A DNA stretch of 63,477 nucleotides, the filler included, from Octopus bimaculoides (taxonomy: Eukaryota): the NCBI RefSeq assembly GCF_001194135.2. It is 4 parts of 4 records of this genome, joined end to end, with 100 filler letters (N's around TTAATTAATTAA, not from the genome) between each part and the next. Parts side by side here need not be neighbours in the genome. Positions count along the whole stretch, not along the records: positions 31,707 to 54,876 come from NC_068981.1; 3 more parts are not named here. One strand, given 5' to 3'. Made by a program: the position numbers and the translations under genes. Below the pieces are notes generated by a model that was given only the letters and a program-made list of their open reading frames with translations, was not told the DNA's origin and did no database searches. Each line of letters begins with the position of its first letter. The first letter of the stretch is position 1. Positions 36,746 through 49,291 of this stretch are shown one piece after another.

Positions 36746-38743
36746 ATTCCAACTATATATATATACATAGATATAACCACGTCTTGATTGTAACATGGTT
36801 CAAACTGGTTTGCTGGTTACAGCTGCTATAGATAATGTTACTTATGAGATATTTCCATCTAGAGGACAAACTGGAGTGTTTGCAATTGGTGTCATTAAGT
36901 GTGTTCTTTTGGTTTTCATATTTTGAAAGAATTTGATGGTTATAATTGGTTACAGTTTTTCAAAGTTGTTCTAGAGCATATTTTCATGCTGCTTTTTATT
37001 TTTCTTGAAGTATTTTGAAGAATAAACTATCTATTCATGTGGGAATACACATGTTGGTGAGAAGATTGAACTAGCTAATGTTCTTTTGTTTTTTCTTTAT
37101 TATTTTGTGTAGTATTATTATGATTATGTTTGCAAGACATCAAACATGTGTAGTATTATTTATGTGATAAATCAGTTGGTCATACAGCATATGTCAGACA
37201 GAGGTTTGTGAACCCTAAAATGCAACTAAAAACCCAGCTGTCTATACAAAGAATGTCATGATCTGAATTTGATATATCTGTTTACACCTTGACTTCCACA
37301 TATGACTGAATGCTAAACAATAACAAAATTCCTACATCACACAAAAATAAATCTCACTGTAACTTTCTATCAACCAACAGCCTACAAACACATAAATTTC
37401 TTGTATCCTTTTCAATCCCCTCTTCCTACACAGCTACTTTCCCAGTCTGCTTACACCTCACCCGAGCTCCATTTACTTCCAAATAACAACAGCACAAAGA
37501 CTGTATAAAATCAAAAAGAAACTAAGTAAACCACAATCTGATGAAACCAATCGAGATTAAATTTTAAAGTCACTGTTAAAGTTTTCCTTGTAAAAGTTAA
37601 TAAATACACACTGTAAAATAAAAAAAGGCATCAGAGGGATAGTGCATACCATATGCGCAGATAATTTTTTTTTTTATCCAAAAAATATGATTGAAGTTAA
37701 AGGAAATATGATCAAAGAAGTGAAAAGATAATTTTTATTTTTCATTTCCACTGAAGAAGCTACTTATGTTTCAACTGGTTCTCGCAAAAATGTTAAAATA
37801 CTAGTTAGCAAAGAAATTTGAATGTTAGTTTAGGGGGGTTGGAATTAAAATTAAGAAAAAATAACATAAAATGAAAATTCTTCTCTAATTTTTCACTGAA
37901 GAATCATAGATGTTCACAAAAAAAAAACTTTCTATTTCAATGGTTTTACAGTGAAATGCTAAAATATGAGTTGACAAAGAAAATCAGAGGTTGTTTTGGA
38001 AAGTTCAACATACATTTTGCATATGACTAAATAAATGATTATGAAAAAGATAGTAAACAAAATGAAATACTTTTAGAAAATATTGCATAGAATTTTAGTG
38101 TTTTCAACGTCTTTCAGAGATGGCAGGTGAGTCAAATGTACTGTAGTTCATTGTAGGATATAAATAATATGACCACTTACCAGGAAATTTGTAAGTTCGA
38201 TTTTTCTGTTTTTCAAGTATCACTATTATAGGTATTTATACTCTGGTGCAATTAAGAAATTGACTCATAAATAAATGAAACCCTCGAATCCATCATTACA
38301 CATACACAGAGTCACATATCTATGTATGTATGAAGATAATCAAACCAAATTTTCATCATTTCGAGCCACTCACCCAATGAGTATTTCTGCCAAATATAGT
38401 GAAAATCCGCTCAGCCGTTTTCCAGTAATTTTGCAAAAACACAGACAAAGACAAGTGATTACAATACCTTGCTTTCACTTAGGTGCACAGGGTAATAAAG
38501 TATTGAGTAGACCTTCAGTATAATGTTAAATTGTTTTTATATATAACTTGGCATAAAGACAAACATTAACACATACACACACAGAAAGGAAGAAAGCACT
38601 TGGAATTTCAGTTCCTCTTCAATTTCTATTATATTTTGTGAGTGGATAATATAGATAATTAGTAAGCAGTAAAGAAAAATCTCTGTTGATTTTTAAAAAA
38701 TGCAAACAAATTAAAGATTGTTATTTTTCCTTTTTTTTTTCAG

Positions 38744-38806
38744 AATACTGTCCAGGAGATGTTGGATTGTGCCAAAACACAGTGCTCTACAGTTCTTCAT
38801 AATGAG
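38744..38806 (+). CDS. Orphan 63-nt candidate exon, gene unknown
   Basis: Strong acceptor tttcctttttttttttcag and perfect donor GAG|gtaagt. Open in phase 0 (NTVQEMLDCAKTQCSTVLHNE) and phase 2; the phase-1 frame has a stop. Confidence 0.55.
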
Positions 38807-40206
38807 GTAAGTCATATTTTGAACAATTTCTCTAAACACCAATGCTGAAGAAGAAAATATAATTTTATGTTGAAAATATTAAACAAGTGATTTACCTTAC
38901 TAACATTCTTTTAAATTCTGTTAGTTACTTGTAGTTGGTAAAGCTTATAGAGCATTGTCTTTTAAGGGATCAAAAATTCTAAAATTGAACTACTTTATTC
39001 CATTTATCTGTTTATGGGCCAACCAATGTCTTGTGAGTGGATTTGCTAGAGGGAAACTGAAAGAAGCCCGTCATATATATATATATATATATTTATGTAT
39101 ACATTTATGTATCTCCCACTAGCATCACTTGACAACTGATTTTGGTGTGTTTATGTCTACGTAACTTAGTGGTTTGGTAACAGAGACGATAGAATAAGTA
39201 CTAGGCTTACAAAGAATAAGTCCGGGAGTCAAGTTGTTCGACTACAGGCAGTGCTCCAGCATGGCCACAGTCAACTGACTGAAACAAATAAATGAATAAA
39301 AAGTATAATTATCTGCTGTAAGTAGTTGGAACTGTAAATAAATGAGTGTTTGTCTGTTTACACAACTGTATTCGAATCTTACCATGGGGATAACATGGAG
39401 AGAGTTAAGCCTCTATCTTACATATTGACTCAAACACAATGACCACCATCATTGATAGAGATGAATCAGACCGTGTTAATTGGTATGTGTTAGGCCACAA
39501 TTATAGTTCCAGGGATTTGGAACCAAGAAGGGTTAGGGAAATAAGGTCTAACCAGATATAGTTTAGTTGGTGTGTACCCACCCACAGAAGTGTGCACAAA
39601 TAAATACACACACACATGTATGTATATGCAAATAACAACAACAAGCAGAAAACACGTATGTTATTCATTGGTTAATAGGACATACACATGTTTCAACAAA
39701 ATGCTAGAGTAATTACGCAGCAGTTATATGAAATATTGTGAAATCCTGCACAATATTTCATCAGTATCCTGCATGTATGTCCTATAAAGCATTGAATACC
39801 ATATATGTTTTCTGCTAAATTATTATTATTTCTATTAGTTGGCTCATATTCCACACACTAACCTATCCCAAAGTGGATGCCCCACATTGTACTACACTGG
39901 ATACTGCAGTGGCATGTGAAACCCACTTTGGAATCCAATTTTTGGTTGTGTTGCACTCTAAAGTGATTCTTTGCTTCAAGTGTGTGCATGTAGATATATG
40001 TATGTATGTATGTATGTATATACACATATGCATACATATTTTTATCATTTTCTACTTGTTTCAGTGATTCGACTCCACTTTGAAAGGTGTTTAGGCAAAT
40101 GAATTAACCCCAATACTTTTTTTAGCCTGGTTCCTATTGTGTTTGTTTCTCTTTACCAAGTTGCTAAGTTACAAGGACATAAACTTACAAACACAAAGAC
40201 ACACAG

Positions 40207-40237
<31 letters not shown>

Positions 40238-40520
40238 TTTATAGGACAGGCCTCTTTCACTTACTGTCTCCCAAATCCAATCTACACACAAGGCTTTGGC
40301 CAGCCCATGGCTATAGTAGCTGACACTTGCCCAAGGTGCCACACAGCAAGACTGAACCTGGAAGTATGTGGTTGGGAAGCAAACTTCTTCCCACACAGCT
40401 ATGCCTGCACCACACACACACACACACACACTCTCTCTCTCTCTCTCTCTCTCTCTGTATATATATATATATATNNNNNNNNNNNNNNNNNNNNNNNNNN
40501 NNNNNNNNNNNNNNNNNNNN

Positions 40521-43500
40521 AAGAAAATGGATGTAAATAACAAGGAGAAACTTGTCGTTTTCACTGGTATGTCTTTAATTAATTAATTAACAAAAGAAGG
40601 TAGCATTTACAATCATTTCAATTTATTAGTTTTAGTAAATATCTTCTGAATGCGAAAGATAAATTGATACATTGGTAATGGTAATAAAGTCAAAATTTGT
40701 TAGTCTTACATTATATTATGTTCTTAAGTTGATTATTCCACTGGGAATGGATTCCATTGTAGTAGATTGGTTAGTTTATGGTTCCGCTGGGTAATTAAAG
40801 TGGGGTGTATATTATCTTGGTGTGGAATCCAGAGTTTGACTAAGCACATTTTTTGCGCACATGTGTGTTAAATTGGTTTTAATCAGTGGTGAGTTTTAGT
40901 CACCAGCGGTGTAAGTGAAGGAGATAACTCTAACTTAAGGTGAAAAGGGAGCTAACTGAAACCAGATTATTTACACTAGGGAGGGTGTAAATGACTAAAG
41001 TTTAGGAGATTCATAGTGATAAACGGGGCCCTATGTAGATGTAAAATAAATTATTATGGAATGTAGAGGGCAAGTGGGGCTGGAGGGTGACTGTTTATGT
41101 GTAAGTATTTAAGGTGGTTCCCAGCTAATTAGACTTACATAGATGAATATGCTAGTGTGGGGATTTTTAGAAGGTCCTACTATTTTACTGATACTTTGAA
41201 AAGACACAGAGGGCTACATGAAAACAAAAAATGTGGTTCTCAAATTTCCTATTGAGGAGGGCTTGTTTAGCCATTAGGATAGCTAGGCGTTCTGATAAAC
41301 AGAGACCACAGCTTCTATTGGTGGTGTTGTATGAGGTTGTTTTTGCGAGTATACACCAGTTTAATCTATAAACTATTTTTTATTCTTAAGTTCCGAAATA
41401 TATCTACTGAGCCCAGTTGAATTAGCCTTACTCCTATTTCTGAAGCTAGATTGGTGTGCGTTATATCTAAGAATCATTTGGTTTTTAGTAGCGCCTATAT
41501 ATGATTTTACCTGGCTATTTGTGTGCACGTCACATTGGTAAACTACGTTGTTTGTTTTACATCTATTTGAGAAATGGCACTTTGTTCTATCCCTGCAGCC
41601 ACATAAATTATTAGGTATATCTGTGTTCATGTTATGTTGTGGGGGGCTATTACTGTTCAGGTCTTTATCTAAGTTAGTAGTTTAAATCCTGCTTTCTGTA
41701 GTGCGTAATTATAAATTTCCTTATGCTTATTAAATATATTTATGTTGGAAGAGAGGCGTGATATTCTATTGCTAATGCTATATACTAGGCCTCTTTTAAT
41801 AAAGTTTGGGTGGTTACTAGAAGTGTTTATGTATTTGAGGTTTGTGTTGGGTTTTGTATTGGGTTCATGGAGTCCTGTGGCTAGTTTGCGTCTAAGTAGC
41901 TAATAGAGGTGTGTTCCTTTTTAATAGAAATAGATAGTCCAAATCTTTTAAAGAATTTGTGTAGTTTTTTCTTGATAAGCCCTAGTTTCCTATTTGAGGG
42001 TTTCTTTATTATGAAGAGGGCATCGTCCCTGTATAATCCGCCTTTGTGTTCTGGGAATTCTTCTTGTATGTATGATAGCAAATAGATGCCTACCAGGTCA
42101 GTTACCTGTGCTGAATAGTGGTGGGCTTAGTTTTGTTATTTGGTTGGTTACTGTTTTTATTGTTCACAATTTTTCCAGTTTCATAGAATTTGTCTAGTTT
42201 TTTTTATTATTTATTGAGGCTATGATTGTAGCTAAGTTATTGGTCAAGTTGTGGCCTACTCTAATTTTATTCCTAAATAATACTGCATATTTATCATTAA
42301 TGTTTAAGTGTTTATCTATGATTTTCATTAATGAGTGAACTATGTTTGATTTGTGGTGCATGGTGTAGGGAATTACGAGCCAGATTTTATCACTATTTTG
42401 TTTATTTTTTGTATTCTTTTTTCTAGTATAGAAGCTACCCTCCTTGTTTGTGAGTTGTGTGAAGGTAAGGTTATGGCTATCTAGCTCATTTCCATAGGTT
42501 TCACTTTCTTGTTACTTTTGTCTGTTTTATTGGTGTTGCATAGGATTTATGTGGACTAGATGACATGGTTTTCTTGTTATTAACAGTGTTCATATTAGTT
42601 CTTTGAGGTGCTTTAGTTTTATTCATACCAATGTGTAGGTTTATATTATTATTTTTATAGCTAATGTTATTCTTGGGCGTATTTGTGTACTTGGTGTTAT
42701 TAATTGTGTTAATATTGTTAATCTTATTGATTATCACTTTATTGGTATTAGTGTTGTGGTTATTTTTGTTCTTATTGGTGCTTTGTCTTTGGGCCTTGGC
42801 ATTGTTCATATTGGTGTTGTTTTTATTGGGGTTACCCATACTGTTCTTGTTGTCAGTGTAGTTTGTGGTGATGCATGGTGTGCGATTGGTGTTAATGGTA
42901 TTAGTGAGTGGGTTTCTGTTATTTGGGTTACTTGTATGGTGATTAGGGTCAAGGAATTAAATTTTTTGTTTAAATCCTGCTTTCTGTAGTGCGTAATTAT
43001 AAATTTCCTTATGCTTATTAAATATATTTATGTTGGAAGAGAGGCGTGATATTCTATTGCTAATGCTATATACTAGGCCTCTCTTAATAAAGTTTGGGTG
43101 GTTACTAGAAGTGTTTATGTATTTGAGGTTTGTGTTGGGTTTTGTATTGGGTTCATGGAGTCCTGTGGCTAGGTTGCAGTTTGCGTCTAAGTAGCTAATA
43201 GAGGTGTGTTCCTTTTTAATAGAAATAGATAGTCCAAATCTTTTAAAGAATTTGTGTAGTTTTTTCTTGATAAGCCCTAATTTCCTATTTGAGGGTTTCT
43301 TTATTATGAAGAGGGCATCGTCCCTGTATAATCCGCCTTTGTGTTCTGGGAATTCTTCTTGTATGTATGATAGCAAATAGATGCCTACCAGGTCAGTTAC
43401 CTGTGCTGAATCTGGGGCTTCCATGGTGATATCAAAAGAGTGAGGAGTATCCTTTCATACCCAGAGTTTATTATCAAAGCTTATAACTGATTTCCTCGCT

Positions 43501-43840
43501 CCTAATATTACATTTATTTCCTTCATATTTAATTGCGTGTATTTTTAGCATATATTAAGGCACTATTGAGGATTGTAGGATTAATGGAGGAGTAGTAATC
43601 TACTATGTCTATCTGTATTAATTTGTAGTTGCTCGTGTTTTGTATGTTGGATAACCAATTTATGGTTTCATATGTGTTAGACCATAATTCTAGGGCTATT
43701 CTAGCTTTTAGCTTAGGGATGTATTTATCGAATATTAGTTTATATAGGTCCGTAAATGCTACCTCTTTCTTTGTTAATTAAATTAAAGGCATACCAGCGA
43801 AAATGACAAGTTTCTCCTTGTTATTTACATCCAGTTTCTT
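40521..43840 (-). mobile_element. YRDD-type Penelope-like element (RT plus C-terminal GIY-YIG), 5'-truncated, with ~90-bp inverted termini
   Basis: RT pieces IQIDIVDYYSSI and FDITMEAPDSAQVTDLVGIYLL...GGLYRDDAL; GIY-YIG LCGCRDRTKC...NVVYQCDV...SYIGATKNQ...RYNAHQSSFRN. 40521-40610 is the reverse complement of 43752-43840. Confidence 0.88.
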
Positions 43841-43987
43841 CTCATATATAACCTAAACTACAGTTTACCCACCAAACTACCTGCTACTCATACAAAGGAC
43901 TGTACCTACTCAGGTAATCACCAGGAGCCCCTTTGGATTTAATTATCCCTTAGAGGTTTTAAACTCCTCTAACTGATACCTACACGA

Positions 43988-44032
<45 letters not shown>

Positions 44033-44112
44033 CAAAATATAACCACATCTGAATCGTTGGCAATTTTTTTTTCCTCCATCTTCTTTTTCTATTGGACTGT
44101 CCTCTGTCTCTT

Positions 44113-44147
44113 GTTTCTGAAGAAGAGCTTTGCTCGAAATGTAAAAC
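44113..44147 (+). ncRNA. Minimal type I hammerhead ribozyme motif
   Basis: GTTT CTGAAGA A GAGC-ttt-GCTC GAAA T GTA AAAC: stem I GTTT/AAAC, stem II GAGC/GCTC, GUA cleavage triplet, C15.2>T. Confidence 0.6.
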
Positions 44148-44327
44148 CTCCTTTCTTTCCTTCCCTGAGTGTCTGCTAATACTTTAGATATACNNNNNNN
44201 NNNNNNNNNNNNNNNNNNNNNNNNNNNNNNNNNNNNNNNNNNNNNNNNNNNNNNNNNNNNNNNNNNNNNNNNNNNNNNNNNNNNNNNNNNNNNNNNNNNN
44301 NNNNNTGTGTGTGTGTGTGTGTGTATA

Positions 44328-44654
44328 TATATTAATAAAAATAAAGGAGTTACAATGCAAAAAACGTATATATTCAAATGAACATATTTATCTTCTTCAA
44401 TATATATTTCAGTATAAAGAATTCATTAAGAGACTTAATAAATCAAAATTTCTTTACCCATCTTCAGTAATAAATGTAACATCAGAAAAACTACATTCGG
44501 TTTGTGTTTTTAAACCGAATGTAGTTTTTCTGGTATTATATTTATTCCTGAAGATGTGTAAAGAAATTTTGATTATATATATTGAAGAAGATAAATATGT
44601 TCATTTGAATATATACGTTTTTTGCGTCGTAACTCCTTTATTATTATTAATATA
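44328..44654. repeat. Foldback (hairpin) element, probable MITE
   Basis: Inverted arms of ~140-170 bp around the 8-nt loop gtgttttt (44504-44511); ~30-bp extra block in the left arm; TA-rich flanks. Confidence 0.85.
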
Positions 44655-44778
44655 ACCAAAAGGATCGATTCTTGAAAAGTTTGCATACCTTCACTGTCGT
44701 TTTTTTTCTGCTATTTTGGTGATGATTTTTTGAGTTAGCTTACCAAATTTTTTTTGTTGGTAGTTAATTTTAATATAT

Positions 44779-44780
<2 letters not shown>

Positions 44781-44848
<68 letters not shown>
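44781..44848 (+). repeat. (TA)n microsatellite
   Basis: Direct reading; many shorter (TA)n and (CA)n tracts occur throughout the window. Confidence 0.98.
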
Positions 44849-44859
<11 letters not shown>

Positions 44860-45199
44860 GGTACGTACATACATACACACAGCCATGAAAATTTACAAGA
44901 AATTATTGATATTGAAACAGAGCAACCCATATGTGAATGTAAAGAAAGACAGACAATAGTTATGGGAAAGACAAAAACAAAAGGAATCAAATCTAAAGGT
45001 AGATGGACAAGCTTGAAGAAGGAAAACACAATAGATATCAGTCTCAAAAAAAGTACTGAGGTTGATTCATTACCAAAAAACCTTCAAGGCAGAGTTGAAT
45101 GACTGAAACAAGTAGAAGGCAAATGATGTGTACATGCATACATGCATGCATTCATGCGCGCACACACACACACACACACACCTGGTACAAAGAATCACT

Positions 45200-45545
45200 T
45201 TAGAGTGCAACACTCAACCAAAAATCAGGCAGACCGCCTTTAGTCAACCAAATTGACCCCAGGACTTTTAAGCCTAGTACTTATTCTGTCGGTCTCTTTT
45301 GCTGAACCGCACCAGCATTGGTTGTCAAACGATGTTAGGGGGACAAACACACACACACACACATATATAAATATATACACGACAGGCTTCTTTCAGTTTC
45401 TGTTTACCAAATTCACTCACAAGACTTTGGTCAGCCCGAAGCTATAGTAGAAGACACTTGTCCAAGGTTCCACAGAGTGGCACTGATCCCAGAACCATGT
45501 GGTTGGTAAGCAAGCTACATACCACACAGCCACTCCTGTGCCTAT
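45200..45545 (-). mobile_element. Family C SINE copy
   Basis: Reverse complement of the 26249-26670 element, including the internal (CA)n tract. Confidence 0.75.
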
Positions 45546-46454
45546 ATGTTAGTGTTATTTAATTTTTGAACAGTTTTGCTTCTGTTTATGTAGTTTGATT
45601 TCTTTATCCATCAGTTTCTACTAAGATAGAGACGCGAGTAAAATGAGTAATAGAGAAATGAAAATAAAATTTTGGAAATGGCAATGCCACCGTAACTTAC
45701 ATGGAAACCATGAGCATGCTTTCAAGGGAGATAATCAGAGAAAGACTTGAAAGTAAAGTAAAGTAAATATAACAAATAATCCAGAATCCTTATCTAGTAC
45801 TGGATCAATCCCAATCCATCCAGCGGTTCTTGAGATATCTTGTTCATGGACAAACAAACAAACACGACTGAAAACAATACCTCCACCTTTGCTAAGGAGG
45901 AGTTAATAATTTAGCAGATAACATTTAGGACAAACATTAAATCAAGAAGGTCATTGTGCAAAAGTTACTCAAAGAATAAAAGCTAAAACTATGTTTATAA
46001 GAATGAAAACTGTCTTCACCTCAAAAGGTATAACACTTCACCTAAAACTGTAGCTAGTAAACTTATGTTATGCCTGTTGCCCTCTAGGGGCAGAAACTTA
46101 GACAGAGAACAGAGCAATGGAAAAGAAGATAAATGCTTTTTAAATGAAGATCTTTTGTACATTATGCAGCATAAGCTGGAAAGAGAGGGTAACAAATGCT
46201 GTAATACTAGACAAGCTGAAAGTCCAAAAGCACTATCTGTGAAGAATGAAGTCCACTAAACTATTGTATTTGGAATGAATGTTGTGCATTGAGTCATTGA
46301 CCAAGACCATTTTAACATGACATATGAAGGGTAAGTGAGCCATCAAAGACATTTGTGAACTGATGCAGTACAACACAAAGGGAGCTGAAAAGTTTTGGCA
46401 AGCCAACTTCTGAATTCAGGAGGAGCAAATGGATGATGCATACATATATACGCT

Positions 46455-46965
46455 CATATCATCATCATCATCATTTAACATCCGTTGTCCATGCTGTCAT
46501 GGGTTGGACAGTTTGACCAGGGCCAGCAAGCTGGAAGGCTGCACCAGATTCCAGTCTGATTTGGCATGGTTTCTATGGCTGGATACCCTTCTTAATGTCA
46601 ACCACGCTGAGAGTGTAATGGGTGATTTTATGTGCCACCAGCACAGGTGCCATTTGCATGACACTAGTATCTGCTATGACTGCAATTTTATTTGGCTTGA
46701 TGAGTCTTCTCAGTCATGACATAATGCCAAACGTCTCAGTTGTTCGTCATTACCTCCATGAGCTTTTCACATGCTGCCAGCATCAGCCACTTGGCCTCCG
46801 TGAGGCCCAATGCTTGAAAGGTGCTTTTTACATGCCAGTTACATGACACCAGCATCAGCCATGATTACAATTTCACTTGGCTTGCTGGGTCTTCTCAAGC
46901 ACAGTATATCGCCAAAAGTCTCGGTCACTAGTCATTGCCTCTGTGAGGCCCAAAGTTTGAAGATC
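46455..46965 (-). mobile_element. RTE 3'UTR fragment
   Basis: (ATC)n tail plus tttaacatccg...ggttggacag...gtgagcccaa-type subrepeats. Confidence 0.75.
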
Positions 46966-47119
46966 ATTGGTAGAGCAATGCAAAACAGATTATAAATCAG
47001 GAAAATTATGGCCAAAAAAAAAGGTTTAAATTAAATAAGATAAATAAAATATGAATCAATAAATGAAGTAACATGGCAGTGGATTTAGTTGGGAAAGGTG
47101 GATTTGATATAAGTGATTA

Positions 47120-48304
47120 CATCATCATCATCATCATCATCGTTTAACATCTGTTTTCCATGCTAGCATGGGTTGGATGGTTCAGCTGGGGTCTGGTAAG
47201 CCAGGAAGCTGCACTGGTAATGTTTCTACAGCTGGATGCCCGTCCTAATGCCAATCACTCCGTGAGTGTAGTGGGTGCTTTTTACGTGCCACCGGCACAG
47301 GGGCCTGAGGAGCCTGGGAATGGCTACGATTGGTTGGTGCTTTTTTAGTGTTACCAGCACGGAAGCCAGTCAAGGCAGTGCTGGCATTGACCATGTTCAG
47401 ATGGTGCTTTTTACGTGCCACCAGCACGGGTATCAACTACAATTTCCATTTGATTTTCATTTTGATGTTGTTGTACCTGACTCAATAGGTCTCCTCAAGC
47501 ACAGCAGGTCGCCCTATGATCCAACGTACTTTTGAATGGGCGAGGGCTGGTTATGCGAAAATGGTGTAGGATACAGCCGTGAACTCACTTTATTTGCCAG
47601 GTCTTCGCAGTCACAGCATATCTCCAGAGGTCGCGGTCTTTCGTCATTGCCTCTGTGAGGCCCAACGTTTGAAGGTCATGCTTTACCACCTCATTCCTTG
47701 TCGTCCTGGGTCTACCTCTACTCTGGATTCCTTCAACTGTTTGGGAGTGGCACTTCTTCACACAGCTCTCCTCATCCATCTGTAGTACATGACCATACCA
47801 GCACAAACGTCTCTCTTGCACACCACATCCTATGCTTCTTATGTCCAACATTTCTCTCAGGGCGCTTTCACTGTCGTGTGTGCACACTGACATTACACCT
47901 CCAGCGGATCATGCTAGCTTCATTTCTTTCGAGCCTACGCATGTCCTCCACAGTCACAGCCCACGTTTCACTGCCGTGAAGCATGGCAGTTCACACACAT
48001 GCATTTTACAATCTACCTTTCACTCTGAGCGAGTGGCCCTTTGTCACCAGTAGGGGTAAAAGCATTCTGAACTTTGCCCAGGCTATTTTTATTCTAGTGG
48101 TAACACTCCCACTACTAACTTGATCAACTAGTTTCTCCCCCTGGAGTGTGATAGAATCTGTTTTGTGAGCATCTGTGGTGTTTATTGCCTCTGTGCATCT
48201 GCAAAACACGAAAGCTATCTTCTTGGTTAATCTTCCTTTGATGTTGCTGCACCTCTTATGTGTCCATAACTTACACTGGGTACATCTTATGGAGTTTCTA
48301 CCTA
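47120..48304 (-). mobile_element. RTE LINE, ~1.2 kb 5'-truncated
   Basis: ORF pieces AWAKFRMLLPLL and QERRLCWYGHVLQMDEESCVKKC...GRPRTT; 3'UTR and (GAT)n tail; collinear with the 33813 copy. Confidence 0.9.
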
Positions 48305-48545
48305 GCGAAATAAGATTTGGAGATATGAGTTAAGCAGTGGAATGTATTTAAGGTACAAAAATATGTGGTAATATAACAATAATAATATAATGCAATACAA
48401 TATGATGTAATACAATCAATTAAATATATGATATAGAATAGAAAAGACCATGAAGTGTAGATTAATTTGAGGGTAAACTATTCAATATAAGCCCCCAAGG
48501 ATGTCTGTGAAGTAAAATTGATGTTTGAGTGAGTGTCTCTGTGTA

Positions 48546-48606
48546 TGTATGTATATCTCTATATCTATCTATCTATCTATCTATCTATATATATATATAT
48601 ATATAT

Positions 48607-48650
<44 letters not shown>

Positions 48651-48656
48651 ATAGAT
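48546..48656 (+). repeat. Compound (TATC)n-(TA)n-(GATA)n microsatellite
   Basis: Direct reading; the (TATC)n and (GATA)n tracts are inverted relative to each other. Confidence 0.9.
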
Positions 48657-48918
48657 AAACTGATAGAAACTATATGAATGCAAGTGTATGTGGTTATGAA
48701 TGTCTGTTTCGTGATGAAAAGCTCTGAAATGGTGCATCCTTCAGAATAACAAATTTGATTTCAAATATCTGCATCCTGAAGAGAATATTGTCAGTAAATA
48801 ATAATAAAAAAATATATATAATTTACTACAAGAAATAACTCAACTTTTAAATCCACAAATCTCACACTCTGTCACCATCTCTTTACTTTTACCAGACTCT
48901 TTGTCACACACACACACA

Positions 48919-48981
<63 letters not shown>

Positions 48982-49238
48982 NNNNNNNNNNNNNNNNNNN
49001 NNNNNNNNNNNNNNNNNNNNNNNNNNNNNNNNNNNNNNNNNNNNNNNNNNNNNNNNNNNNNNNNNNNNNNNNNNNNNNNNNNNNNNNNNNNNNNNNNNNN
49101 NNNNNNNNNNNNNNNNNNNNNNNNNNNNNNNNNNNNNNNNNNNNNNNNNNNNNNNNNNNNNNNNNNNNNNNNNNNNNNNNNNNNNNNNNNNNNNNNNNNN
49201 NNNNNNNNNNNNNNNNNNNNNNNNNNNNNNNNNNNNNN

Positions 49239-49291
<53 letters not shown>

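Noticed and set aside
40521-40575. Hammerhead in the YRDD PLE inverted terminus (GAAACTTGTC)
   Set aside because: No CUGANGA core or stem II; the sequence folds better as an ACAAG/CTTGT hairpin.
40575-40590. TTAATTAATTAA as another assembly linker
   Set aside because: It is not flanked by 44 Ns and has a natural diverged counterpart in the inverted arm at ~43770.
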